Below, in pieces: positions 1 to 9,184 of a stretch of DNA of 64,000 nucleotides; position 1 is the stretch's first letter; every line of letters begins with the position of its first letter. Under the pieces are notes generated by a model. The model had not been told where the DNA came from. It searched no databases and saw nothing but the letters and a program-made list of their open reading frames with translations. Location of the stretch: contig CAVYCN010000010.1 in the NCBI GenBank assembly GCA_963767005.1, forward strand, positions 1-64,000, given 5' to 3'. The translations under genes were made by a program, and so were the position numbers. This DNA is from an uncultured Actinomycetes bacterium. GTDB taxonomy: Bacteria; Actinomycetota; Thermoleophilia; UBA2241.

Positions 1-79
1 GCGGCCGTGCCAGCGTATCTCGGTCATGTGCTCTCCAACGTCGTGCCACGCACAGGCCATGCCCCCATGGATGTCTCGG

Positions 80-1441
80 TCAGCGATCCACGAGCGTCGG
101 CGATGGCTTGTTGCTCCGCCGCCAGACGCCCATCCTCTGGGCTTCGCGAATGAGCTCCTCGCGGAACTGAGGGTGCGCGATCTCGATCACGCGCTCGGCG
201 CGCTCCCAGGTGGACCGTCCGTGCAGGTTGGCAATGCCGTATTCGGTGACGATATACGGCGACTGCGAGCGCGGGCCGGTGACGATGCTGCCCACGTCGA
301 GGGTGGGCACCACCCGGGAACGCATCTCACCGGTCGTCTTGTCGGTGTAGGTGGACGACATGCACACGAAGGCCTTGCCGCCTCGCGACATGTACGCGCC
401 GGTAGTGAAGTCGAGCTGCCCCCCCGTACCGCTGATCTGGCGCAGGCCCGACGACTCCGAGTTGATCTGGCCGAACAGGTCCACCTCGACGCAGTTGTTG
501 ATGGCCACCACGTTGTCGTTGGCGGCGATCACGGCCGGCTCGTTGGTGTAGTCGACCGGGTAGGAGGCCAGGCCGGGGTTGCGATCGGCCCACTCGTACA
601 GCCCCCTGCCCCCGACCGAGAACGAGAAGACGCCCTTGCCGCGGTCGATGTTCTTCGACCGGTTGGTGAGCTTGCCCGCCTCGGACAGGTCCAGGTAGGC
701 GTCGACGAGCATCTCGGTGTGCATGCTCAGGTCCTTGAGGTCGGAGTCGCAGAGCATCCGGCCGATGGTGTCGGGCATGCCCCCGATGCCGAACTGGATC
801 GTGGAGCCGTCCGTCATCTGCTCGACGATGAGGCGGGCGATGGTCTTGTCCACCTCGGTGGGCGCCAGCCGGGGCAGTTCCACCAGGTCGGGGCTCTCGC
901 CCTCTACCACGAAGTCCACCTCGGAGATGTGGACGCACTCTTCGCGGCCGCCCAGGCAGACCGGGAGCTTCTCGTTCACCTCGACGATGACCGTCCTGGC
1001 CTTCTCGACCTGAGCGCGGGTGGACGAGTTGAACAGCGAGAAGTTGAAGTAGCCGTGCTTGTCCATGGGCGGCGTAGCCAGCATGCAGACGTCGACGTCG
1101 AGCGACTGGCGATAGTGCCGCGGCTTGTTGCGATAGAGCAGCGGGATGTAGTGGACGAGCCCCTGATCGCAGAGGCGCCGGTCCAAGCCGCTGAAGTGCC
1201 AGCACATGAACGTAAACGCTTCGTTTTCGGGGTCGGCCGCCACGACGGCGAGCGGGCGCAGCGCCAGCATCCAGCGGATCTTGACGTCGCGCAGGTCGCT
1301 CTTGCGCGCGGCCAGCGCCCGGTCGAGAGCCTGCGGGATACCGTGGCCGAAGGTGTACTCCACCCAATCCCCGGAGCGGACCACCTGAACGGCTTTCTCC
1401 GCCGTCCTCTTCTTGGCCTTGTACTGGTCCATCGCGTTCAC
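80..1441 (-). CDS. Acetyl-CoA hydrolase/transferase family protein (4-hydroxybutyrate or butyryl-CoA:acetate CoA-transferase-like)
   Basis: Motifs TIQFGIGGMP, MHTEM (catalytic Glu), AINNCVEVDLFGQ, SGTGGQLDF, IVTEYGIANLHG, IAHPQFRE. GTG start at 1441 follows an AAGGAG SD. Confidence 0.9.
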   Translation of the reverse strand: MNAMDQYKAKKRTAEKAVQVVRSGDWVEYTFGHGIPQALDRALAARKSDLRDVKIRWMLALRPLAVVAADPENEAFTFMCWHFSGLDRRLCDQGLVHYIPLLYRNKPRHYRQSLDVDVCMLATPPMDKHGYFNFSLFNSSTRAQVEKARTVIVEVNEKLPVCLGGREECVHISEVDFVVEGESPDLVELPRLAPTEVDKTIARLIVEQMTDGSTIQFGIGGMPDTIGRMLCDSDLKDLSMHTEMLVDAYLDLSEAGKLTNRSKNIDRGKGVFSFSVGGRGLYEWADRNPGLASYPVDYTNEPAVIAANDNVVAINNCVEVDLFGQINSESSGLRQISGTGGQLDFTTGAYMSRGGKAFVCMSSTYTDKTTGEMRSRVVPTLDVGSIVTGPRSQSPYIVTEYGIANLHGRSTWERAERVIEIAHPQFREELIREAQRMGVWRRSNKPSPTLVDR

Positions 1442-1543
1442 CGGGAAAGCATCTCCTTCGCGGGTTCCCCTGTCCGGGTGCCGTCCAGCAACGGTCGTGC
1501 ATCCGGGTGCCTTAGCAAGGGTCGTGCAGGGCATCTTCTCGCA

Positions 1544-1610
1544 TTCGAGGAAGAAACGGTAGCCGGCGGCGCAGATCGTTCGAGGAAGAAGCGGTAGCCG
1601 GTGGCGCAGA
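1544..1610. repeat. Tandem direct repeat, 2 x 32 bp with 35-bp period
   Basis: ttcgaggaagaaacggtagccggcggcgcaga (1544-1575) and ttcgaggaagaagcggtagccggtggcgcaga (1579-1610), 2 mismatches, in a divergent intergenic region. Confidence 0.9.
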
Positions 1611-4204
1611 CTCCGCGGGCCTTTCTCTCACCCGGCAGCACGGCTCGATCGTGCCGGCGTGCAGGCGACCCCGAACGCTGGCCGCGGCCACATCATTGCT
1701 CCCGCCGGGTAAGTCTCTTGTGTCGGAGCCATGCCTCCCGGAGGGCAAGAGATCCCATAACTCACGCAGGCAACGAAGACGGACAGCGGCCTGCCGCCCG
1801 GGCGGGGACCAGTGCGGAGGCCGGCACAGGGGCGGCGCTTTCGAGCGCGTTCGGCGCGTCGACTGCGACGGTGGGGACACGCGGCCCCGACAAGCCGCCG
1901 CGCCAGCGTTTTGCCGTGCCGCCCCAGCCCCGACACCTGGCGCGCCTGCGCGCTCGCGTGCGCGCTTACGTCGAGCTCTACTGGCCCGACGGGCAGCGTG
2001 TCTGGGACGTCGTGCTCTGCATGCACGAGGCGTGCCTCACGGCCATGAGCTCCAGCTGCTCCGCCCTTGAGCTCGAGGTCTTTCTCGGCTTTCGCGGCGC
2101 CGACCTGCAGATGGTGGTCAGACTGAGGAGCCAGGGTTGCGACATCGTCGCAGGCGAGCCTGGGCCGTTGCCCGACTCCGAAGACGACCGCGGCCGCGGA
2201 CTCTTTCTGATGGCGCGGCTGGCCGATGATCTCGAGCTGCGTCGCGACGGTGGTCTCGAGGTGCGCCTGCTCAAGCGCGGCGCGTTCGGCCCCGACGAGG
2301 GCTACGAGGTCGGCGGTGGCGAGGCGGTGGCCGGGGGTGCAGTCCCCGCGCAAGTGGCGCTCGGCCCAATGCGCAGCGTCACCGCTGCAGAGCGCCTCGG
2401 CGCGCTCTTCGATCACGTCAGCGAGGGTGTCGCTCTCTGCGAGCTCGTCGAGCGCGAAGGTCGGCCCGTGGACTATCGCATCCTGCAGACCAATCTCGCC
2501 TTCAGGCGGCAGACCGGTCTCGGTGTGCACGACGTCGACGGCCGGCTGGCGAGTGAGCTCTCCGGTCGGGGCGAGCCGCCGTACCTGGAGCAGTTTGTGG
2601 CGCTGGCCGCCGGCGGCGGATCGCGCGTTCTCGGGCTGACGGCGCCGGCGACGGGCCGAGACCTGCGCCTGACCGCCCTGGCGCTCGGCGCCGCGCGTTT
2701 CGCTACCATCATCGAGGACGTGACCGTGCGCAAGCGCGCCGTCTCTCAGCTCGACGAGGCCGCCGCCGCACTCGAAGAGGCCGCTACGGAGCGCCGCCGC
2801 CTGCGCGCTGCGCTCACTGCCCGGGCTGAAACGATCGTCGCGCGCGAGGCCGAGCTTGCGGTCCAGAGGCGTCGCAGTGCGGGACTCAGCGCCGAGCTTG
2901 CCGTACTCGAGGGCCTGCAGCGCCAGGGTTCGCCGGGGGGAAACGGCGACAGGGCATCAGGGCCGCCACCGACCAGGGGGCAGCTCACCCAGGCGCAGGA
3001 GCTCGTCGAGCGCGTCGGCCTGGCCAGGGCGCTGAATGCCATCGACCGCCTGCTGCGCTCGGCCCTCGCCGTCGACGAGATGATGCAGCGCGCCCTGGAG
3101 GGCGCCGTGCACAGCCTTGATGCCGACGCCGGCACCATCGTGCTGCGCGACGGTCCCGACTGGGTCGTGGCCTACCGGTGGGGCTCCTCGGCGGTCGCGG
3201 TGGGCGTGCGCCTGAGCGGCAGCGCCGCGGCCGAGATGACCGCGGCCATGGCCCAGGGCGAACCCTTCGCTACGGCCGACATGCGCCCCGTGGCGGGCGG
3301 CGTGGGCGTCGCCGGCGGGTACGAGCTGCGCGGTGCGCTGGCCGTGCCTCTCGTGGTCCAGGACGCCGTGATCGGCTGTCTGCTCGTCTCCAGCGAGCAG
3401 GAGCGTACCTTCGCCGAAGCCGAGATCGACTTCTGCCGCAAGCTGGGCAGCGCCGTCGCGCTCGCCCTCGAGAACGCCAGGCTGCTGGGCGAGCAGCGCG
3501 TCATGGCCGCGACCCTGCGGCAGCACCTCATCCCCTCGCTGCCCAAGGTCGCCGGCCTCGAGCTGGCCGCCGCCTCGTGGCCGGCCGGCGACGCGACCCT
3601 GCCGGGCGCTGCGTTCCAGGACGTGATCGCGCCGCAGGATGGCCTCGTGCTCGTGCTGATCGGCGAGGTGACCGGCAGGGGCGTCGCGGCGACGGTCATG
3701 AGCGCGACGGTGCGCAGCGCCTTTCGTGCCCTGGCCCTGATCTCATCGGCCCCCGAGCTCATCCTGCGCCAGCTCAACCGGTCGCTGCTGATCGAGCCTC
3801 ACGAGGACCTGTCGGCGAACGCCCTGCTCGTGCGCTTCGACCTTGCGGCGGGCCTGCTGTCGCTCGCCAGCGCCGGCCACCCGCCGCCGGTGCTCGTCGC
3901 CGCGGCCGGCGCGCGCCTGCTCGAGGTGCCCCAGGGGCCGCCGCTCGGAGTCATCGACACCGGCTACGCCGCGCGGCAGGAGCCGTTCCCCGCCGGCGAG
4001 ACGCTCGTGCTCTCCACCAGCGGCGTCAGCGAGGCCCGTCACGAGGGCGAGATGCTCCGTGAACGTCGCCTGCTCACCCTGCTTTACGAGGCCAGGACCA
4101 CCGAGCCCCAGGCCCTGGCCGACCACCTTCTGGGCGCGGTGGCCGCCTCCATCGCCACGCCGCGGGCTGCCGTGCAGGTCGTGGCCGTGCGCCGCCGCGG
4201 GTAG
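1601..4204 (+). CDS. Multidomain RsbW-like HATPase / PAS / coiled-coil / GAF / SpoIIE (PP2C-like) protein with degenerate catalytic motifs; start uncertain
   Basis: DDRGRGLFLMARLADD (RsbW G-box), PVDYRILQTNLAF (PAS), LAVPLVVQDAVIGCL...ALALENARL (GAF), ASAGHPPP (SpoIIE). Confidence 0.8.
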   Translation: MAQTPRAFLSPGSTARSCRRAGDPERWPRPHHCSRRVSLLCRSHASRRARDPITHAGNEDGQRPAARAGTSAEAGTGAALSSAFGASTATVGTRGPDKPPRQRFAVPPQPRHLARLRARVRAYVELYWPDGQRVWDVVLCMHEACLTAMSSSCSALELEVFLGFRGADLQMVVRLRSQGCDIVAGEPGPLPDSEDDRGRGLFLMARLADDLELRRDGGLEVRLLKRGAFGPDEGYEVGGGEAVAGGAVPAQVALGPMRSVTAAERLGALFDHVSEGVALCELVEREGRPVDYRILQTNLAFRRQTGLGVHDVDGRLASELSGRGEPPYLEQFVALAAGGGSRVLGLTAPATGRDLRLTALALGAARFATIIEDVTVRKRAVSQLDEAAAALEEAATERRRLRAALTARAETIVAREAELAVQRRRSAGLSAELAVLEGLQRQGSPGGNGDRASGPPPTRGQLTQAQELVERVGLARALNAIDRLLRSALAVDEMMQRALEGAVHSLDADAGTIVLRDGPDWVVAYRWGSSAVAVGVRLSGSAAAEMTAAMAQGEPFATADMRPVAGGVGVAGGYELRGALAVPLVVQDAVIGCLLVSSEQERTFAEAEIDFCRKLGSAVALALENARLLGEQRVMAATLRQHLIPSLPKVAGLELAAASWPAGDATLPGAAFQDVIAPQDGLVLVLIGEVTGRGVAATVMSATVRSAFRALALISSAPELILRQLNRSLLIEPHEDLSANALLVRFDLAAGLLSLASAGHPPPVLVAAAGARLLEVPQGPPLGVIDTGYAARQEPFPAGETLVLSTSGVSEARHEGEMLRERRLLTLLYEARTTEPQALADHLLGAVAASIATPRAAVQVVAVRRRG

Positions 4205-4279
4205 CCCGCGTCGCGCGGTCGGTCGAGGCAGGCGGCCATGTCTCGCCCTGCCGTCCGATGGACGGGAGACGCGCGGCGC

Positions 4280-4588
4280 TCAGGCCGCGAGCGCCCCTGG
4301 CCTGCAAAGGTCACACGGGCAGTCCCGGGCATGCCGCCAACCGAACTCGATACCCACGACTTGACCGGCAATGGCTGGGTCGTTGAGCGGCGACCCGAGG
4401 CGGAGCTCGCTCGGCGTCTGCGGTTCGCGCACGTCGAAGATCGTGCCGTTCATGAACAGGAGCACCTCGCCATACCGCGAGTAGATCGCCGGGAGGCCGC
4501 TGGCAACCACCTCCTCCAGGCCCAACGGGCGTCGTCCCGTCGTACGCAACGTCGCCAGCGTCCCTTCAAGGCTGCTCGTCTCGCCCAT
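4280..4588 (-). CDS. Small hypothetical protein (102 aa) with C-terminal HxxxCxCxxC motif
   Basis: ATG preceded by AGGAAGG; natural composition (MGETSSLEG...WRHARDCPCDLCRP). Confidence 0.7.
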   Translation of the reverse strand: MGETSSLEGTLATLRTTGRRPLGLEEVVASGLPAIYSRYGEVLLFMNGTIFDVREPQTPSELRLGSPLNDPAIAGQVVGIEFGWRHARDCPCDLCRPGALAA

Positions 4589-4816
4589 GCTGCCTTCCTG
4601 CCTGTCTCGGCGAGCTCGTACCGTTGGCGGCGGATCGTGGGGGACCCTACCGGCTTGGCATCTGTGCACAGGCCCTCTGAACCCCCGCAGAAGCACGGTG
4701 CCTGCCACTAAGGGTGGTACCCCAAGAGCGCCTGCGTCTGTCAGTTGATGGCTCGGGAATCGCGGCCGGCTCTGTGCCTCGAGGTTCCCAAGCGCTAGGG
4801 TTCGTCCCGGGACAGG

Positions 4817-5755
4817 ATGGAGGGAGTACCACACACGAGCACATCGGGCAGCAATGCCGCCCGGGAGCCTCTCGGCTACGGTCTGGTGGCGGGCTCCTTC
4901 GTCATCGTCGGGGTGAGCGGCAGCCTCGTGAGCTGGGCGACCGCGCCGAGCGGCGTGCTCCTCTTCATGCGCCTCGCCGTCGCGGCCCTGGCCCTCGACC
5001 TGCTCTTCGCGCGTCGCGAGCCGCTGCGGGCGATCCTGCGTGACGGCCTGTGGCCGCGTCTGCTCCTGATGAGCGCCTTCGACTCCGGAGCGCTGCTGTG
5101 CTACTTCTTCGCGATCCGCACGACCGGCGTGGCGATCGCCACCTTCCTGCTGTTCATCCAGCCGGTCTGGGTCGCGCTGCTCGCGCCGCGCTTTCTGAAG
5201 ACGCCCACCGAGAAGGTCGTCGTCGCTGCGCTCGGCGTGGCCCTGGCCGGCCTTCTGGTCATCCTTGGGCCGGCGCTGCTCGGCGGCGGTGTGAGCGTCT
5301 CCGCCCTTGGCCTGGCGGCCGGTCTTGGCGGGGGCTGGTGCTATGCCTTCTTCCAGCTCATCGTCAAGCGCCTGACGCAACGGGTGCCGAGCACGACCAT
5401 CGTTTCCTGCGAGTGCACGCTCGATGCTCTGTTCGTCCTGCCCTTCGCGGTCTGGCAGGCCGCCGGCAGCGACATGAGGCTCGACGCACGCGATCTCGTG
5501 GCGGCGCTCGTCCTGGGACTGGCCTGCACGGCCCTTGCCTACACCATGTGGGTCGACGGCGTCGCCAGGATCCGCGTGCAGCACAGCTCGATCCTCGGTT
5601 TTCTCACGCCGGCGGTGGCGCCCCTGTTCGCCTGGCTGCTCCTGGGGCAGGGCGTCGGCCTCGCGACCGCCCTCGGCGGCACGCTCATCGTCGCCGCCGG
5701 TTTGCTGGTCGCGGCCTTCGGTCGTGCCGAGGCCGAGAGTGCGGCAGCGCTCTAG
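4817..5755 (+). CDS. DMT/EamA family transporter
   Basis: About 10 hydrophobic segments in two EamA-like halves (AIRTTGVAIATFLLFIQPVWVALLA; SSILGFLTPAVAPLFAWLLLG). Confidence 0.88.
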   Translation: MEGVPHTSTSGSNAAREPLGYGLVAGSFVIVGVSGSLVSWATAPSGVLLFMRLAVAALALDLLFARREPLRAILRDGLWPRLLLMSAFDSGALLCYFFAIRTTGVAIATFLLFIQPVWVALLAPRFLKTPTEKVVVAALGVALAGLLVILGPALLGGGVSVSALGLAAGLGGGWCYAFFQLIVKRLTQRVPSTTIVSCECTLDALFVLPFAVWQAAGSDMRLDARDLVAALVLGLACTALAYTMWVDGVARIRVQHSSILGFLTPAVAPLFAWLLLGQGVGLATALGGTLIVAAGLLVAAFGRAEAESAAAL

Positions 5756-5770
5756 GGGTCGAGGTCGCCG

Positions 5771-6055
5771 TTGCCCCGCCGCAGCTCACGTCGCTACCGT
5801 CGTCGCCATCCGCCGCAGCGCACCTCGGTGGGCGATCGGCTCGGGCTGAGTGGCGCCGGGCGGCGTTCTCGTCTGGTGCGCTGGAGCCTGGCCGCCTTCG
5901 TCGTGGCGTTTGCCCTGGTGCTGATCGACACCCGCACCGGCATGCTGCATCGGGGCCGTTCTCCGGCGACCGCTCTGCTGGTCGACGCTCTGCTGCTCGT
6001 CGTGGGGGTCATCCTCTACGTCGCCGTGGTGCGGCGCCGGTCGCGGAGGCGCTAG
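5771..6055 (+). CDS. Small two-TM membrane protein; start uncertain
   Basis: Two hydrophobic helices and a basic C-terminal tail; fills the gap between DMT and SPFH genes. Confidence 0.55.
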   Translation: MPRRSSRRYRRRHPPQRTSVGDRLGLSGAGRRSRLVRWSLAAFVVAFALVLIDTRTGMLHRGRSPATALLVDALLLVVGVILYVAVVRRRSRRR

Positions 6056-6168
6056 AGACCAGGCCCCCGCTTGGGACGTGATGGGTCCACGTGTCCTGTC
6101 TCGTATCGAGCCGGCTCGCGACGATGTGCCCGAGCGTCGGACGGGAGCGCCGCGCGCCGGGCCGCTCG

Positions 6169-7095
6169 TCAGCTCGAAGGAGCGACCTTGGCGGGCCGCT
6201 TGTCGACGTCGCCCGGCATCGGCACGAGTCCACCGAGGTCGCCGATGACGTTGACGAGCTGGGCGTTGCCGGGCACGACGACCTTGCTGTTCTGGTACAG
6301 GGCGCGCTCGACGGCCTCGAGCTTGCGCAGCATCTGGGCGTTGCCCACGAAGTACTTGTCGGCCGCCTCGTTGACCAGCTGGATGGCCTGCGCCTCGCCC
6401 TGCGCCTCGAGGATCTTGGCCTGCCTGATGCCCTCGGCCTTCTTGATCTCGGCGCGCCGGGCGCCGTCGGCCTGGGTCTCGGTCGCGGTGGCGAAGTCGA
6501 TCGCGGCCACCTTCTCGTTCTCGGCCTTGACGACCTTGTTCATGGTCTCCTGCACGTCGCGCGGCGGGTCGATCTCCTTGAGCTCGGTGCGCAGGATCTC
6601 GATGCCCCAGGCGGCCGTCTCGGTCTTCAGTGCCGTGCGCAGCTCCTCGTTGATCTTGCCGCGCTCGCTGTTGGCCGACTTCAGCGACAGCGTGCCGATG
6701 ATGTTGCGCAGCGTGGTGCGCGCCAGGTTGACCACCTGGTTCTCGTAGTTGGTGACGTTGTAGACGGAGGCCTTGACGTTCTCTTCGTCGGCCTTGACCT
6801 TGAGGTAGACCTGGGCGTCGACCTTGGCGTTTAAGTTGTCGTTGGTGATGATCTCCTGGGGTTGCGCCTCGACCAGGGCCTCGCGGATGTCGACCTGGTA
6901 CATACGCTCGATGATCGGGATGACCGCGTGGATGCCCGGTCCGGCGTAGCGGTTGTACTTACCGAGGCGCTCGACCAGGCCGCGGTGGGTGGGACGGACC
7001 ATGCGCACGCTGCTGCGCGCCACGACGACCAGCACGACGACGACCACGACGATGACGACCAGCTCAGCGATGGTGGCGCCGGCGATGGCTACCAT
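6169..7095 (-). CDS. SPFH/Band 7/stomatin-like membrane protein
   Basis: N-terminal TM, VERLGKY, QEIITNDN, LRNIIGTL, WGIEILRTELKEIDPP, coiled-coil AEGIRQAKILEAQGEAQAI. Confidence 0.92.
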   Translation of the reverse strand: MVAIAGATIAELVVIVVVVVVLVVVARSSVRMVRPTHRGLVERLGKYNRYAGPGIHAVIPIIERMYQVDIREALVEAQPQEIITNDNLNAKVDAQVYLKVKADEENVKASVYNVTNYENQVVNLARTTLRNIIGTLSLKSANSERGKINEELRTALKTETAAWGIEILRTELKEIDPPRDVQETMNKVVKAENEKVAAIDFATATETQADGARRAEIKKAEGIRQAKILEAQGEAQAIQLVNEAADKYFVGNAQMLRKLEAVERALYQNSKVVVPGNAQLVNVIGDLGGLVPMPGDVDKRPAKVAPSS

Positions 7096-7334
7096 GAATG
7101 CCGCCTTTCGATTGCGGGGCTGACGCTGCCGATCTGGCGAGAACAAGTCCTGCAGCGACTCCACCCTAGCACGCTTGCACGCGTCGGCCAGATGTTCCTA
7201 CGGCTCGTCCCTTCAGCCGGGGCTGCCCAGAGCGACTATCGGCCGCTGCTTCTCAAGATCACGACCGACGAAGCGGGCGGGCACGGCCTGGGGCCGTGCC
7301 CGCCCGCCAAAGCGTCGACCCAGTCGAAGAGACG

Positions 7335-8357
7335 CTAGGCTGCGTTCCTCAGCAGCCCGTCGCTCACCGGCTGCCAGACGAAGGCGTGGCCGACGTCGAA
7401 GACAGGCGTCGTCGGGTCGGTGCGATCGATCGGACCAGAGACGACGATCGACTCGCCGGTCGTCAGGTCGCCGAGGCCGATCGTGGTCACGACGCCGTCG
7501 GCGAGCGTGCGGATGACGCTCGTCTCGGAGACCGCGAGCGTCACCTCGCCGCCGATCGCGCTGTGGAGGGCGCGGGTGGCCTTTGCCACCGTCACGGTCA
7601 CGGTGCCGGCGTTCGTGTCGAACGAGCTGACCGTGCCGTAGCAGGCATACCACGTGAGCTGGTCGACGGGCACGGGATGGTGCACGAGCACACGACGTGC
7701 CGTGAAGACCGGCGCGCTGGGGTCGCTGCGGTCTGCGGCGCCGATGATCTGGACACGGTCGCCGACCGTGATCTGGTCGAAGGTCGTCGCGCTCACTGCG
7801 CGACGCTGTAAGCTGAAGATGGCCGCACTCGAGGGCACGTCGATCGTGATCTGCTTGTGCAGGTAACGCGGCAGTCCGAGTGAGCCGCGGGCCACGGTCA
7901 CCACCAGGTAGGCGGGGTCGAGGTTGACCGAGGCGACTGTCCCCACGCAGAGGAAGCGGGTGTGGAAGCGCGGCTGCCACACGCAGGCCTTCGTGACGTC
8001 GTATGCAAGCGGCGTGGCCGTGGCGTCGATCGTACCGCGGACCATCATGAGATCGCCGGTGGGCACATCTGCCGCGCTCACCGTGGTCTTCGTGCCCTTC
8101 GCGCGCTCGGTGAGCACGCTCTGGTCGGTCACCGTGAGGGTGAGGCTCTGACCGAGCGAGCCCTGCAGCGCGCACGAGGCGTGCTTGACCGTGATGGTCA
8201 CGCTGCTCGAGGTGGCCGCCGTCACTTTGCCGAGGCAGGTGAAACCCTGGGGGCTGGCGCTGGGACTGGGCGCCGGAGCGGCCAGCGCTTGTGAGGCGAA
8301 GGCCAGGGCCAGCGCGCAGACGACGACAAAGGGAAGCATTCTTCTGGTGAGTCTCAT
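7335..8357 (-). CDS. Secreted protein with three repeated beta-rich (OB-fold/DUF5666-like) modules
   Basis: Signal peptide MRLTRR...AFASQALA after GGAGG SD; repeats start FTCLGKV, FLCVGTV, YACYGTV. Confidence 0.75.
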   Translation of the reverse strand: MRLTRRMLPFVVVCALALAFASQALAAPAPSPSASPQGFTCLGKVTAATSSSVTITVKHASCALQGSLGQSLTLTVTDQSVLTERAKGTKTTVSAADVPTGDLMMVRGTIDATATPLAYDVTKACVWQPRFHTRFLCVGTVASVNLDPAYLVVTVARGSLGLPRYLHKQITIDVPSSAAIFSLQRRAVSATTFDQITVGDRVQIIGAADRSDPSAPVFTARRVLVHHPVPVDQLTWYACYGTVSSFDTNAGTVTVTVAKATRALHSAIGGEVTLAVSETSVIRTLADGVVTTIGLGDLTTGESIVVSGPIDRTDPTTPVFDVGHAFVWQPVSDGLLRNAA

Positions 8358-8690
8358 GCGATACCTCCGAGGTGCAGCGTGACCGAAGGCACGGTCGTGT
8401 GGAGAAGGTATCGGCAGCGGGCTCCCCGACAGATAAGTGCGCGGCCAACGATTGTGTCGCCAGGACAGGCGCGCCGCGGCGCGTATGGGCGGCAGGTCGC
8501 GGGACGCCTTGACGAGGCCGTACCCGGGTGCCCAGATGTGGCTGCGCCGGCGAGCGAGGCGTCTGCACCCCGGCCGGAGCCGCAGCTCGTTGCGGGCAGG
8601 ACGCCGCCGCGCGCGACACGAATAGACCACCGGCGGGGCGCGCCGCTTCGCGGTGCGGACAGCCCTGGCGGCGAGAGGAAGGAAGCAGCG

Positions 8691-9149
8691 GTGCCCAAGA
8701 AAGGATCAGCGGCGGCCAGCCGCGAGCAGCCGGGCGGCAGGCGCCACCGGCATCACGACGAGAAGCGACGCAAGCCGACGAGCGAGCCGGTCGAGATCTT
8801 CCTGGCCGAGCCGGGAGAGGGACGCCCCGACTTTGAGCCCGGCGTCCTCGAGTACCTGCCCGCCGACGCTCCGCTGCCCCAGGTCGGCGACATCCTGCTG
8901 CTGCCCCGCGCCAGCACCGGCGACGGCAAGGCCGACGCCTACGCCTGGGGCGGCGCCCTCTCGCCGTTCCGGGTGGTCGAACGCGAGCATCTGTATCACC
9001 GCGACCCGGCCGAGACCGCCCACTCGCGCAAGCCGGCGCCGGCGCACTATCTGAAGACGTTGCTGCTCGTGCGTCGTGTGCCCAGGGAGGAGTACTACGC
9101 CGACCCGGGCCAGGCAGTGATGCCGGTCGTCGAGACCGCGCGGCCGTAG
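8691..9149 (+). CDS. Hypothetical protein
   Basis: GTG after GAGGAAGG; GC3-rich coding pattern (PLPQVGDILLLP...FRVVEREHLY). Confidence 0.65.
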   Translation: MPKKGSAAASREQPGGRRHRHHDEKRRKPTSEPVEIFLAEPGEGRPDFEPGVLEYLPADAPLPQVGDILLLPRASTGDGKADAYAWGGALSPFRVVEREHLYHRDPAETAHSRKPAPAHYLKTLLLVRRVPREEYYADPGQAVMPVVETARP

Positions 9150-9184
9150 CCGCAGCGCCGATCCAACGGAACGACACGGGAGAC

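Noticed and set aside
26-1597. Long antisense or alternative-frame ORFs (e.g. 26..1597+, 32563..34995-, 53007..55271-, N-terminal part of 58061..61105+)
   Set aside because: Shadow ORFs typical of very high GC DNA; they overlap motif-supported genes and have Arg/Pro/Gly-rich non-protein-like composition.
1544-1610. Possible mini-CRISPR
   Set aside because: Only two repeats with a 3-nt gap, no spacer and no cas genes.
4709-4812. T-box-like AAGGGTGGTACC and ykkC-like CTAGGGTTC upstream of the DMT gene
   Set aside because: The T-box is not followed by GCG or a pairable antiterminator and no stem I is evident; the remaining ykkC consensus elements are missing.
8677-8690. SRP-RNA-like GGAAGGAAGCAGC
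   Set aside because: It lacks the upstream CAGG and the closing stem; better explained as the SD of the gene at 8691.
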